Part shown: one piece after another, positions 1-11,414 of the stretch
How the letters are laid out: every line of letters starts with the position of its first letter
How positions within the stretch are numbered: the stretch's first letter is position 1
Assembly: GCA_029259115.1 (NCBI GenBank)
Contig: JAPDJO010000018.1
Span: 1-64,000, forward strand
From: Thermoplasmatota archaeon
GTDB taxonomy: Archaea > Thermoplasmatota > E2 > DHVEG-1 > B18-G2
Length of the DNA: 64,000 bases
Direction: 5' to 3'
Position numbers and translations under genes: made by a program
The notes under the pieces: model-generated
What the model was told of the DNA's origin: nothing
The model's database searches: none
Seen by the model: the letters and a program-made list of their open reading frames with translations, nothing else

Positions 1-1
1 C

Positions 2-688
2 CTTGATCCTCTATCCGTTGCAGAATATACGGATTCAAAGATTGTATTTGTTGCCAGCGGGACGGATGATTTTGAGATAATCGATGATATATATCATATG
101 AAAGAATCCGTAAAGGGATTCGATGAAAGGCTTGTTGGAGTTATAATAAACAGGGTAAAATCCATGGAAAACTGGAAAGACGTATATCTTCCTCTCCTGG
201 AAAAGAAGGGTGTAAAGGTTCTTGGAATAATACCGAGAGTTAAGGAATTGGAGATAGCAACGCCTCAGATCATAGCGGAACAACTATTTGCAAAGGTAAT
301 ATCTGGAGAGGAGTGGCTATCCAAAAATAAGATAGAGGATGTTTTCATAGGTGCGATGTCTGCATCTGCTGCGGTAAAATCTCCTATATTCAATAAGGAA
401 AACAAACTTATCATTACGAGCGGAGACAGAACTGATCTCATAGTTGCCTCTCTCGAGCACGGAACATCATGCATCTTATTGACAAACAACATCATACCTC
501 CACCAAACATCATAGAAAAGGCAAACAAGCATCAGGTTCCTCTACTCCTCGTCCCATGGGATACCTATACGGCAGCTAAGCATGTTGAGAACATAAGAAT
601 TCTTCTGAACGAAAAAGACCTTGAAAAACTCGAACTAACGGAGAAACTAATTAAAGAGAATATAGATCTAAGCTTCTTGGAAAATTAG
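2..688 (+). CDS. Phosphotransacetylase N-terminal-like / DRTGG-domain protein (5' partial)
   Basis: Frame is open from base 2 (LDPLSVAEY...). Contains GVIINRV, IGAMS and ITSGDRTDL (DRTGG domain). Confidence 0.8.
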   Translation, partial: LDPLSVAEYTDSKIVFVASGTDDFEIIDDIYHMKESVKGFDERLVGVIINRVKSMENWKDVYLPLLEKKGVKVLGIIPRVKELEIATPQIIAEQLFAKVISGEEWLSKNKIEDVFIGAMSASAAVKSPIFNKENKLIITSGDRTDLIVASLEHGTSCILLTNNIIPPPNIIEKANKHQVPLLLVPWDTYTAAKHVENIRILLNEKDLEKLELTEKLIKENIDLSFLEN

Positions 689-786
689 AGTGGTCACGTG
701 ATTGAAGTATAAGTATCCGTTCACTTTACCAGATGTTTATAACTAATGATAAGTCCCACCTACGATTTCTCAAGACTTGAAGAAAA

Positions 787-850
787 ATTATCAATGTCTC
801 TTGCTTCTCTTATCATTCCTTCTTGCGTCTTCACTTATGACTTCGAGACT
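787..850 (-). pseudogene. Short frameshifted transaldolase/FSA-like fragment
   Basis: Minus strand reads SLEVISEDA, one extra A, then EGMIREARDIDN. This resembles the transaldolase segment VSxEVISxxxEGMxxEARxL. Confidence 0.45.
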
Positions 851-890
851 TTGGGTTTCGATTCTTAAGCTTTTAGTCTCTCTTAGAAGC

Positions 891-1409
891 TTAAAGAATT
901 TTTACCCCTACATAGTCTACATCTTCTTCATTTCCTGATACAGCTTTAACAGCTATAAGATAATCACCGCGTGTTGCATTATTCCATATGAATCGGAAAT
1001 CGCCAGCTCCAAATCCTTTTATTTCCTCGCTATAAACAACGTGATAGATATTGTCTCCATCTAACACAACACAGATGAGAGAATCCTTGGCACATGCAAT
1101 CCCTTCAATAATCACCTGTCTACCTATTATAATGGCGTAATCTTTTCCAAGGTAGAAAATTTTCCTACCAAAGATATAGAGATATCCAGACTGAGGATTT
1201 TCTATCTCAACACAAGCACAAGGAAGAGTTTCTCCATCATCAGTTCCATCTCCTCGTTGGCGTAAATTTTCTTTGATCTTTTGAAATATCCTGAAAAGTT
1301 TTTCTCTTGGGCGTAGTTCTTTTATATCAGATGTTATTGATGAAAGTGCGACTTGAGCGGCTATCAGTAAAGATACAGTTAGAGCAAATAGCAGAGCGGT
1401 TCTTTTCAT
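891..1409 (-). CDS. Secreted hypothetical protein with C-terminal Ig-like 'P..G.LYIFG...IIIG' domain
   Basis: Start MKRTALLFALTVSLLIAA looks like a signal peptide. The motif is shared with 43249..43704 and 45785..46513. Confidence 0.7.
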   Translation of the reverse strand: MKRTALLFALTVSLLIAAQVALSSITSDIKELRPREKLFRIFQKIKENLRQRGDGTDDGETLPCACVEIENPQSGYLYIFGRKIFYLGKDYAIIIGRQVIIEGIACAKDSLICVVLDGDNIYHVVYSEEIKGFGAGDFRFIWNNATRGDYLIAVKAVSGNEEDVDYVGVKIL

Positions 1410-1504
1410 TCTCAACACCAACCTACCTATATTAAGGACCAAATTATTAATTTTTCTGATATATAAAATGAATTTCACAACCTCGACTTTTATAAACTAG
1501 TCTT

Positions 1505-2895
<1,391 letters not shown>

Positions 2896-2921
2896 TTAAG
2901 AAGGGTAAAAGATTATGATCC

Positions 2922-3587
2922 ATGGACTTCAGTATAACTGGGTCAACCATTTTCGGAATAGCAGTGGCTCTGATTGTGATGTGGCTATCCTTGAAAAGGT
3001 ATGAAGGATTTTTTGATGATAAAACGATGTTTAAATCCTTGATCATAGGGTTTTTTACTGGATTTTTAGCATTCCTTATAGAGGCTCTCACATCCGATGT
3101 TGGTATCATCTTTCTCCTTATCTTTCCTTTCATGGAACAGTTTCTCAAGTTTATGGGTATAAATCTTCCATCGTACCACGATAAAAGAGAGACTATCATA
3201 TACGGTTTGGTTTTGGGACTAGGCTTTGGTTCTATATACATGCCCTTGCTGATAGTTCTGGCATTTAGGAGTTTGAATACCTCTCTTTCTCTCCTTATAG
3301 GATCATTAGCTATTGGCATAGGCTACATCCTATTCCATGGCGGAACAGGCTGCATGCTTGGATATGGAGTATCAAAGTCAGAGAAATGGAAATATCTCTT
3401 TTATACCACATTCCTCGGTTTTCCATTACCTGCATTGGAGATGTACACATTCTACCTCGAGGATATATCAATAATAACAGCTATAAGAGTCCTAGAAAGT
3501 CTGTATGGTCTGATTGTATTTCTAGCAGTATACAGAAAAATTTTACCATATGCTCTGCCTAGAAAGAAGAGAAAAGAGTTACTCTGA
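2922..3587 (+). CDS. Integral membrane protein, distantly PrsW-like
   Basis: About 7 hydrophobic segments; PFMEQFLK, GLGFG and LFHG motifs. Confidence 0.55.
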   Translation: MDFSITGSTIFGIAVALIVMWLSLKRYEGFFDDKTMFKSLIIGFFTGFLAFLIEALTSDVGIIFLLIFPFMEQFLKFMGINLPSYHDKRETIIYGLVLGLGFGSIYMPLLIVLAFRSLNTSLSLLIGSLAIGIGYILFHGGTGCMLGYGVSKSEKWKYLFYTTFLGFPLPALEMYTFYLEDISIITAIRVLESLYGLIVFLAVYRKILPYALPRKKRKELL

Positions 3588-3857
3588 TCTTGCTCTTTGC
3601 TCTGCAATTGCTTCAAGCCTTTCAAGCTCTTTATCTGACCATCTAACTCCGAGATAGTGTATCGTTAGACCCAATCCCCAAAATACTAGAGGAAAAATAA
3701 ACCATATCGTTTCTCTTGAATAGATCAGATTTATTATTGCGAGTGCAGTATTTACTATTATGTAGATTGTCAAATGCACAAGGAATCCTCTTTTCTCTTC
3801 TTCCTTTTTAACCTCCCTAAATGCCTTTTTGTATGCTTCAAGAGTTATTTTTGCCAT
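3579..3857 (-). CDS. 2TM-domain membrane protein
   Basis: GFLVHLTIYIIVN...IN...WFIFPLVFWGLGLTIH is typical of the 2TM family. Confidence 0.85.
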   Translation of the reverse strand: MAKITLEAYKKAFREVKKEEEKRGFLVHLTIYIIVNTALAIINLIYSRETIWFIFPLVFWGLGLTIHYLGVRWSDKELERLEAIAEQRARSE

Positions 3858-3938
3858 GTTAGATGAAATGATGTAGAGCTATTTTAAACCTCTGTACAAA
3901 AAGAGAAAATGTTTAAACCGATTTTATGTTGAGGGTTC

Positions 3939-4514
3939 GTGCATCTGGAAGTTGTAGTTCAGGCGATATGGCTTATATTACCAGCATACGCAGCAAACGG
4001 TGCAGCAGTCCTAGTTGGGGGAGGGAAACCTATAGATTTCGGGAGAAAATGGAAAGATGGTAGAAGAATACTCGGAGACGGTAAGACTTGGAGAGGTTTA
4101 TTTTACGGATCTCTCGTCGGAAGTATAGTTGGATTTTCTCAAGCCTTTGCTGGAAAATACATCGAGATGGAAGGATTGAATATTCTGAATCTTGACTACT
4201 TCGAGGGATTTCCGTTGATGATCCCTTTGGTTCTTTCCCTTTGCTTCGGAGCCCTACTAGGAGATATTGTCGAAAGCTTCTTTAAAAGGAGAATGGGAAA
4301 AGAGAGGGGCGAGGACTGGATACCTTTTGATCAACTAGACTTTCTGCTTGGGGCTCTCTTCCTCTCATTTTTAGTAAGCTCTCTTATTGAGCTATTAGGT
4401 GCTTTGCCTTACAACTGGTTTATAAAGAATTTCTCTGTGTGGCATCTTCTGGTTATATTTTTGATTACTCCTTTCCTACACATCATTTCAAACAAACTGT
4501 ACCGTGGGAAGTGA
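3939..4514 (+). CDS. carS: CDP-archaeol synthase (DUF46)
   Basis: PAYAANG, PID, GDGKTWRG, GDIVESFFKRR and FDQLDF motifs. Confidence 0.95.
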   Translation: MHLEVVVQAIWLILPAYAANGAAVLVGGGKPIDFGRKWKDGRRILGDGKTWRGLFYGSLVGSIVGFSQAFAGKYIEMEGLNILNLDYFEGFPLMIPLVLSLCFGALLGDIVESFFKRRMGKERGEDWIPFDQLDFLLGALFLSFLVSSLIELLGALPYNWFIKNFSVWHLLVIFLITPFLHIISNKLYRGK

Positions 4515-4538
4515 TTTTAAGCCCTAAACCGTTTAGTC

Positions 4539-4766
4539 TTGGTGATGAGTAAGGAATCTAGTGAAACGATAGCTGGCAAATGTGAAATCTGTAAAATAAA
4601 TGATGCAAAGTTTGTGTGCATGAGATGCAATAGAAAAGTATGTTCTTCGTGTTATTTTAACATACTTGGACTGTGCAAAAAATGCGTGGCAAGAGATGTT
4701 GTCGAAAAGTGGAAAGGCGAAAAGAAGGACTGGGAAAAAGTTCTAGGAGTTGAATGGATAGATTAA
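4539..4766 (+). CDS. Small Cys-rich zinc-finger protein
   Basis: Four CxxC pairs (CEIC, CMRC, CSSC, CKKC). Confidence 0.7.
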   Translation: MVMSKESSETIAGKCEICKINDAKFVCMRCNRKVCSSCYFNILGLCKKCVARDVVEKWKGEKKDWEKVLGVEWID

Positions 4767-5266
4767 AAGAAGTCTTCCAGATTTCTTAATATCTCTTCTG
4801 GATTTTTTGAGTCTCTATACATATCTAGAAGCTCTCTGTTCATCTCTAGAAAATGTGGGGACCATTTGTACAATCTAGATAAATTGTTCACGAGATCGTC
4901 TTCTCCCAAAATATACAAGCATGCGATAAAGGCTTCTAGGGTTGAGAGTTTTGGTGGTCTTCCAAAGTTTATAGGATTTACTGGAACCAAAAAGGGAAGG
5001 GATCTTTGGTTTGGAAACTTAGATAACCTCAAAAAAACCTCATCCACCTCTTTCCAAGAGCAGTCAACAGCTACTATACCAAATCTAAGAGAGATCTCTC
5101 TATCCAGCCTAGAGAAAATGGTCTTAGCGGACGGGTTCAAGATAATCGCTTTTCTCGGTACTCTATCTATCCTTTTAACTATCTTAGCAAGACCAAATCT
5201 CTCCATCTTCCTCGCGGTACATTTTTTTGGATCATCTTGATTTACATGATATATTATTAATCTCAT
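4763..5266 (-). CDS. tsr3: 16S rRNA aminocarboxypropyltransferase Tsr3 (DUF367)
   Basis: QDDPKKCT, VDCSW, RSLPFL..NPINFG and KLSTLEA motifs. Confidence 0.93.
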   Translation of the reverse strand: MRLIIYHVNQDDPKKCTARKMERFGLAKIVKRIDRVPRKAIILNPSAKTIFSRLDREISLRFGIVAVDCSWKEVDEVFLRLSKFPNQRSLPFLVPVNPINFGRPPKLSTLEAFIACLYILGEDDLVNNLSRLYKWSPHFLEMNRELLDMYRDSKNPEEILRNLEDFF

Positions 5267-6106
5267 CTATCTCAACCTTGCATCTACAACTACATGAGAT
5301 ATTCCTGGAGCGTAGGATTTTACCTTATTTATCTTTATTATCTCAACATCCTTTCCATATCTCTCCGCGGCTTCCTTTAACCTTCTTGTAGGTCTTCTTG
5401 GTAAAAGTTCATTTGGGCATATCTCATGGTAGTGTATTATACCTTCATTGTTCCTTAGAGATTCTATAGCATACGGGAGATACAGATATGTATCTTTTAG
5501 ATAGCCCATTATAACTCTATCAGCCACATTCTTTGGAGTTTTTTCTCTATTATCACCAAATATCGGCTCAACAATATTTACAACATGATTCAGAACGATG
5601 TTGTCTTCGAGATAACCAAATGCTATCGGGTTTTTCTCTATCGCGTAGATCTTTTTTGGTTTACTGCAAACAGCCATAGGTATTGAAAAATATCCTATGC
5701 CAGCAAACATATCTACGACGACTTCTTCTTCATTTGATATGTTAGCCATCCTTATCCTCTCATCCTTATTCCCAGAAGAAAACATTATTCTCATAGGATC
5801 AAACTTAAATCTAATCCTGTTCTCGATATGTATCGTCTCTGTATTTCTATCTCCATAAACAAATCTGAGCTTCGGGATTCTCAACTCTCCTTCTATCCCT
5901 CCAACATCTTCCAGAACAGATCTACAGTTCAATACATCAGCGTATACCTCTGCTATTTTCGGCTTGTAAGATCCCAATTCTCCTGAAAATTTCAGAATCA
6001 GAATATCTCCCAATTTCTCCCATTTCCTCGGAAGAGCGCTTAATAATCTATCTGGAATCTCTCCAGATAATCTTTCTACGATTACTTCGTAAGGCGTTTT
6101 CCGCAT
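5267..6106 (-). CDS. taw2: Trm5/TYW2-family SAM transferase, probably tRNA wyosine aminocarboxypropyltransferase Taw2
   Basis: IEGELRIP, MFSSGN..ER, VDMFAGIGYF, EKNP, DRVIMGY, IHYHE and VKSYAPG motifs. Confidence 0.8.
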   Translation of the reverse strand: MRKTPYEVIVERLSGEIPDRLLSALPRKWEKLGDILILKFSGELGSYKPKIAEVYADVLNCRSVLEDVGGIEGELRIPKLRFVYGDRNTETIHIENRIRFKFDPMRIMFSSGNKDERIRMANISNEEEVVVDMFAGIGYFSIPMAVCSKPKKIYAIEKNPIAFGYLEDNIVLNHVVNIVEPIFGDNREKTPKNVADRVIMGYLKDTYLYLPYAIESLRNNEGIIHYHEICPNELLPRRPTRRLKEAAERYGKDVEIIKINKVKSYAPGISHVVVDARLR

Positions 6107-6135
6107 TCCGCTTGGCGAGATTTTCTAATCGATAA

Positions 6136-6441
6136 TTAAGGTTTGTGGGTGATTTTCTTTGGCCTCTTGTAGATAAGGTAGAACTCCCACAGAGCTATGC
6201 CTACACATACAAGAAGGATACTGAGCATGAAAGCTTGCCATGAAACCTCAACGAACTCTCCTTCTTCAAGACCTGCTAGGATAACGTCATTATAGTATCC
6301 CATTGCATGGTCTATGAGTACCATTATCGTAGATCCCCAGAATATCAGACTTAGTATGTCCAATCTGTATCTCCCGTCATCTTTGAAGTACCACAGCATT
6401 GTTGATATCACAGCAGCCAGAGCTAACGCTACCAACCACAT
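6136..6441 (-). CDS. Small 3-TM membrane protein
   Basis: Hydrophobic, with LIFWGSTIMVLIDH. GGTGAG RBS upstream. Confidence 0.75.
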   Translation of the reverse strand: MWLVALALAAVISTMLWYFKDDGRYRLDILSLIFWGSTIMVLIDHAMGYYNDVILAGLEEGEFVEVSWQAFMLSILLVCVGIALWEFYLIYKRPKKITHKP

Positions 6442-6451
6442 CTATCTCACC

Positions 6452-6799
6452 TTAAGCTTTGGTTTTTCTTGGCTCGATGATTTTCTTTTCCATTATTATA
6501 GATACTATGACCATAGCTATCCATATTATTGTCACAGCCACAGCCATGAGAGTACCAATTGTCATCATCTCATGTAACATTATCTCCGTATCTTGTGGAG
6601 ATCTCATAGCTGTTAGAAACGGCGGCCATGGTACTATCTCGCCATGCCAAACATGCTCTATTGCCAGAATCATTACTCCTCCCCAAAGCATAAGGTTAAG
6701 CCATGACAGCTTTAATTTCTCTGCCCTTTCTTTACCAACAACTTTCTGTATTATTGTGGTAACAACAGCCTCTCCAGCCGGAACAAGGAAGCAAGCCAT
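6452..6799 (-). CDS. Small membrane protein, paralog-like partner of the downstream gene
   Basis: Start MACFLVP after GGTGA; contains LMLWGGVMILAIEHVWHGE. Confidence 0.75.
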   Translation of the reverse strand: MACFLVPAGEAVVTTIIQKVVGKERAEKLKLSWLNLMLWGGVMILAIEHVWHGEIVPWPPFLTAMRSPQDTEIMLHEMMTIGTLMAVAVTIIWIAMVIVSIIMEKKIIEPRKTKA

Positions 6800-6891
6800 C
6801 CTATCACCTGGTAGCACTTTTTTTATTTTGGTGCTACGAAATCTTTGAAGGTTAATAAAGCTTTTTATTTGTTGCATCTTTTATAGAGATC

Positions 6892-7878
6892 GTGAACTGG
6901 AGATCTGTGCTTAGGAGATATTCAGATATTCTAGATGGCGAGATAGAGGCAAAATATCTGGAAGCTAAGTCGATAGAGGTGGATTTTTCTAAAAGTGACG
7001 ATCTAGAAGCTTTATGGAAAAAGCACGATCACGCTCTCGAAAATCCTAAGATTGCAGATGCTCCAGAGAAAAGCTTGTTAGATCTGAAGATAGAGATAGC
7101 TGAAAGGATATCGAGAAGTTGCAGATTCTGTGAAAGGAGATGTGGAACAGATAGATCAAGATCTTATGGTATGTGTAAGGTTAAAGAATCTAGGGTGGCA
7201 AGCGAGTTTTTACACATAGGCGAGGAGTATATGCTCATACCTTCATATACTATCTTTTTCTCAGGCTGCACTTTTAATTGCGTTTTTTGCCAGAACTGGG
7301 ATATTAGCCAGAATGTATGTGGAAGATACATACAGCCTGAGGATTTGGCAAAAATGATCAGAATTAGAAAATCTCAGGGGGCACTCAATGTTAACTGGGT
7401 TGGTGGAGATCCAACTCCAAATGTGCCTTACATCCTGAAAACTCTAAGATTCTGCGATGAGAATATTCCTCAGATATGGAATTCAAACATGTACTGTTCT
7501 TTGGAGACCATGAAACTTCTAAATGGTGTAATCGATCTCTATCTTACTGATTTCAAATATGGGAATAACAAATGCGCGGAGAAACTATCCAATGTTAAGA
7601 GATACCTAGAAGTGGTTGAGAGAAATCATCTAATAGCATATGAGCAGGGAGATCTTCTGATAAGGCATCTGGTAATGCCGAATCATATAGAGTGCTGCAC
7701 CAGGTATATCCTGAGATGGATCTCGAAGAATACTCCAAATTCTATAGTAAATGTAATGGAGCAATACAGACCAGAGTATAAAGCTCATGAGTATGAAGAT
7801 ATATCAAGACCTTTGAGAATAAGCGAATATGAAGAAGCATTGGAGATAGCTAAGGATCTTGGTCTGAATGTTATCTAG
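6892..7878 (+). CDS. PflX-like radical SAM protein
   Basis: CRFCERRC, HIGEE, GCTFNCVFCQN, WVGGDPTP and RHLVMP motifs. Confidence 0.9.
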   Translation: MNWRSVLRRYSDILDGEIEAKYLEAKSIEVDFSKSDDLEALWKKHDHALENPKIADAPEKSLLDLKIEIAERISRSCRFCERRCGTDRSRSYGMCKVKESRVASEFLHIGEEYMLIPSYTIFFSGCTFNCVFCQNWDISQNVCGRYIQPEDLAKMIRIRKSQGALNVNWVGGDPTPNVPYILKTLRFCDENIPQIWNSNMYCSLETMKLLNGVIDLYLTDFKYGNNKCAEKLSNVKRYLEVVERNHLIAYEQGDLLIRHLVMPNHIECCTRYILRWISKNTPNSIVNVMEQYRPEYKAHEYEDISRPLRISEYEEALEIAKDLGLNVI

Positions 7879-10631
7879 ATTATGTATTGCCTGTAATAAA
7901 AATAGGCAAACACTGCTATAACAAGTACCAATGCTATGATAGGTATGAGATACCAATTTTCTTCGAGAAAACTTTTCTCTCTGTTTTTGATTTCTATGTA
8001 TTTCAAGGAAGATCTGTATCCTGACTTTGTCGCAATGATCTCTATTATCGAATCGTGATCTACCTCTGGAGCTTTGAAGTGAAATCTTCCGTTCTCATCT
8101 GTATAACCTGATATCTGGCCATCTATGATTATGGTCGCATTTTTAACTATGTATCCATAGATATCTTTGACTACTATATCTATGCTTTCCCCCTCGAATA
8201 TTTTCGGAGGCATGGATATATTCAAAGATGGTTCTTCGTTATATTTGTCTAACACCCTGATCAACCTATATGATGGAACATATTCCTCAGATTCAACTCC
8301 TATTAGCATATAGGAATCTTTTTCTACGTAAGGTGCCGTGAAACTAACTATTCCATTAGAATCTGTCTTTTTCTTTATCGAGTTGAACCACACATAAACC
8401 CCTTGAACAGGCTCTCCAGATGAATCTTTCACTATAATATCGAAATTTTCTCCCTCATATACTGTATCGTTGACCTCTATACAGAGAGGTTCTTCAAATT
8501 CTATTCTGTTGATTACTTTTATCCAGGTGTACCCAAAATTGTAACCCTCTTTGGTAGCATAGATGAAACAACTCCTATCTATATCAACATAGGGTGCATT
8601 ACATGTTACAATACCATTGCTATCGCTCTTATATTGATACAATTTTCCATCTATCCAAACATCTGCGCCCTCTACGGCTTCGCCTTTTTCATCTTTTACC
8701 TGGAGTACGAAATCCTCTCCCTCCATTAGAGATGTCTTTGATGGGGATATCACAAGATAAGGTAGATTTGGAGATTCTGGGATTAAACGTATTAGAATCG
8801 TGTCTTGAGCATAGCCCTCTTTCGTTGCTATTAAGGTTATGTACTCATCTTCTTCAATGGGCGGCGGGGCATTCATTCTCAGATAGCCATCTTCATCAGT
8901 CTGAGATGTGATATCAATCGATCCATACTTCATCTCGATATTAACCCCCTCTATCCCCTCTCCCCTAGCATCTATAGCTCTGATCTCAAAATCCTGCCAT
9001 GGAGATAGAGCGAGAGGTGCTATTATTTCTAAGAGCTTCTCTCCTATTCCTGACTCTATGATAGTTATCCATCTGGATGCAGATAGATAATCTTCTTTTT
9101 CTGCATAGATTAGATATCTAGTACTTAGGAGCACGTCTGGCGCAACAAGCCTGATTTTGCCATTATCGTCGGTCTCATAATACCTGAAATTGAACCACAC
9201 GGTTGCATCTTTAACAGGGTTGCCATCTTGGTCTTTGACCACTATCGAGAAACTTTCTCCTTCTTTCACGGAATCCTTAGATTCTATGACTAATCTCTTT
9301 TCTCTGCTTAGGATATATATGATCTTCTCAGCCTGTGAATACCCAGGACTCTTAGCTATAAGATAAGCATATCTAGATTTCTCTACATCAGGAATTTTGA
9401 TTCTTGCAGTTCCATTTATTGCATAGAATGTTGAGTTATCTATTGTTAGAACAGCAAAAACCCTGTTTCCATTTACATCTGTAACATTGTATGTAACGTT
9501 ATCCCCTGATCTAACAGTTGATGGTCCTTCTATAACCAAAGAGAGTTCTTCTGGCTTCTCCACCCATATGTATCTTGGATCTGATGATATATTGTTATCC
9601 ATAACTTCTAGAGAAAAGAGTTCGTAATCTTCATTGATCTGCGGAGCTCGAAACTCTGCAACCCCATTAACATCTGTTATCTCTGTGTCTCCAGAGAATC
9701 TAATTTTTATGCCCTGGATCGGTTTTAAGTCCTCTAGAGAAAATAGAGAGATATTAAATCCGTCTTGTTCGAAGACGGTTGATGGAGAGCTAATAAGGGC
9801 TCTCTCCTTTCTATCAAGAACTACTATGAACCTGTAATCAAGAAGAGAATCATTTTTGTCATATGCCCTTATTTGATAGACCTTCGTCTCATTTAGATAT
9901 GGAGCTGTAACATCTATATTATTCCCCTCAAAAATATTATCTCCAAAAGCTATCCTTACACTCTCTTTTCCCTTGTAAATTATTTCAAAGGTTTCCCCTT
10001 CATAGATCCAGAGAGGAGCCACAAGATCAGAGGATCTATTATCTGCTATCCATAATTTTATCTCTTCAGATTGTTCGTAGCCATCCTTCCTTGCTTCGAG
10101 CTTTACATATGTGGAGAATCCGACCTGAGGCGCTATGTATTTGTAGTAGCCTGTCTCATTGGTTAAGACCTCCTCACCATCTATGGAAAGTATTGCATCA
10201 GATACTCCTTTGAGGTCTTGATCAACCACCCTTATTTCCACTTCTTTCCCTTCCTCGATTACCTTTGGAGCAGAGATGTACAACTTAGGCTTATTGACTA
10301 TCCATATCTTGGATTCTATCGGTTCGTATCCTTGTTTTAAAGCTTTGAGCTTACATGGAACAGAAAAATTAACATGGGGTATCTCAAAAGATGCAAATCC
10401 AGTTTCATTTGTTTTTGAATGAAGTTGTATCAAATTTTTCCTTTCAAGATAAACATAAGCATTAACTACGCCTGTTCCATTGCATCCAACAAATATCCTC
10501 AACTCGCTCTCTTCCAGTACAAAAGGGTTGTTTTTTATATCTTCGCTAAATTCAAGCTGTTTAGATTTCGCTATTTGAATAGAGAAAATTAGGATTATTG
10601 CTACAGCTACTATTCCTGCTCTCCTCACCAT
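7875..10631 (-). CDS. Large membrane-anchored surface protein with tandem Ig-like/carboxypeptidase-regulatory-like repeats
   Basis: N-terminal signal peptide, repeated V.EGE.F.I.VKD..G.PV...TD.NG...AP...A.K.GY modules and a C-terminal TM helix. Confidence 0.85.
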   Translation of the reverse strand: MVRRAGIVAVAIILIFSIQIAKSKQLEFSEDIKNNPFVLEESELRIFVGCNGTGVVNAYVYLERKNLIQLHSKTNETGFASFEIPHVNFSVPCKLKALKQGYEPIESKIWIVNKPKLYISAPKVIEEGKEVEIRVVDQDLKGVSDAILSIDGEEVLTNETGYYKYIAPQVGFSTYVKLEARKDGYEQSEEIKLWIADNRSSDLVAPLWIYEGETFEIIYKGKESVRIAFGDNIFEGNNIDVTAPYLNETKVYQIRAYDKNDSLLDYRFIVVLDRKERALISSPSTVFEQDGFNISLFSLEDLKPIQGIKIRFSGDTEITDVNGVAEFRAPQINEDYELFSLEVMDNNISSDPRYIWVEKPEELSLVIEGPSTVRSGDNVTYNVTDVNGNRVFAVLTIDNSTFYAINGTARIKIPDVEKSRYAYLIAKSPGYSQAEKIIYILSREKRLVIESKDSVKEGESFSIVVKDQDGNPVKDATVWFNFRYYETDDNGKIRLVAPDVLLSTRYLIYAEKEDYLSASRWITIIESGIGEKLLEIIAPLALSPWQDFEIRAIDARGEGIEGVNIEMKYGSIDITSQTDEDGYLRMNAPPPIEEDEYITLIATKEGYAQDTILIRLIPESPNLPYLVISPSKTSLMEGEDFVLQVKDEKGEAVEGADVWIDGKLYQYKSDSNGIVTCNAPYVDIDRSCFIYATKEGYNFGYTWIKVINRIEFEEPLCIEVNDTVYEGENFDIIVKDSSGEPVQGVYVWFNSIKKKTDSNGIVSFTAPYVEKDSYMLIGVESEEYVPSYRLIRVLDKYNEEPSLNISMPPKIFEGESIDIVVKDIYGYIVKNATIIIDGQISGYTDENGRFHFKAPEVDHDSIIEIIATKSGYRSSLKYIEIKNREKSFLEENWYLIPIIALVLVIAVFAYFYYRQYII

Positions 10632-10700
10632 CAGAGGAGAATCCTGATAGCTATATATCTTTTGCGTATCATTTTTATCAAAATTTTGCATGCTCTATTT

Positions 10701-11414
10701 GTGTACACTTGGAGATTGGTAGATACTAATCTAGCCCATCCATACTATGTTACGGCTGCAGATGATGCTATATCTATAGCAAGATCTCAAGATAAGGTTC
10801 CGAATACTTTGCATTTTTACAGAAGACATCCGCCTGGCGTATCCGTTGGAAGGTCTCAGAGTGTTAAGGATGTAAACCTAGAAGAATGTAAAAGGAGAGG
10901 GATTATAGTCGTCAGGAGAAGGAGTGGTGGAGGTACAATATACACAGATGAGGGTTGTTTGATATACGCTTTGATATTCAAATCTGGTCTCTCTAATCCA
11001 AATGAAATATTTACGAGGGTATGTGCATCTATAATCTCAGCTCTCAGGAGATTTGGATTTAATCCATCCTATAAAGCTCCAAATGATGTTCTGATAAATG
11101 GTAGAAAGGTATCTGGATCTGCTATGGTTGTAAGAGGAAACGTGACTTTGATACATGGAACAGTAATTGTTAGCAGTGATTTGGATGTGATGAGAAAAAT
11201 TCTCTTGAAAAGAGGTAAAACAGAGGTAACTAGTCTAGAAAATGAAGGAAGAAGCGTGGAAATCAAAGATCTCAAAGATGCTCTAGCTAAAGAGTTTGGA
11301 AAAACTCTATATGCAGAATTTGAGAAAGGAAGTTTGAGTGACTATGAGAGGGTTTTGATAGAGAGGCTGATAGAGGAGAGATATGGAAGAGATGAATGGA
11401 ATCTCTGGAGATGA
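10701..11414 (+). CDS. lplA: Lipoate/octanoate-protein ligase A catalytic subunit
   Basis: VSVGRSQ, VVRRRSGGGTIY, PNDVLINGRKVSGSA and IHGT motifs. GTG start inferred. Confidence 0.9.
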   Translation: MYTWRLVDTNLAHPYYVTAADDAISIARSQDKVPNTLHFYRRHPPGVSVGRSQSVKDVNLEECKRRGIIVVRRRSGGGTIYTDEGCLIYALIFKSGLSNPNEIFTRVCASIISALRRFGFNPSYKAPNDVLINGRKVSGSAMVVRGNVTLIHGTVIVSSDLDVMRKILLKRGKTEVTSLENEGRSVEIKDLKDALAKEFGKTLYAEFEKGSLSDYERVLIERLIEERYGRDEWNLWR

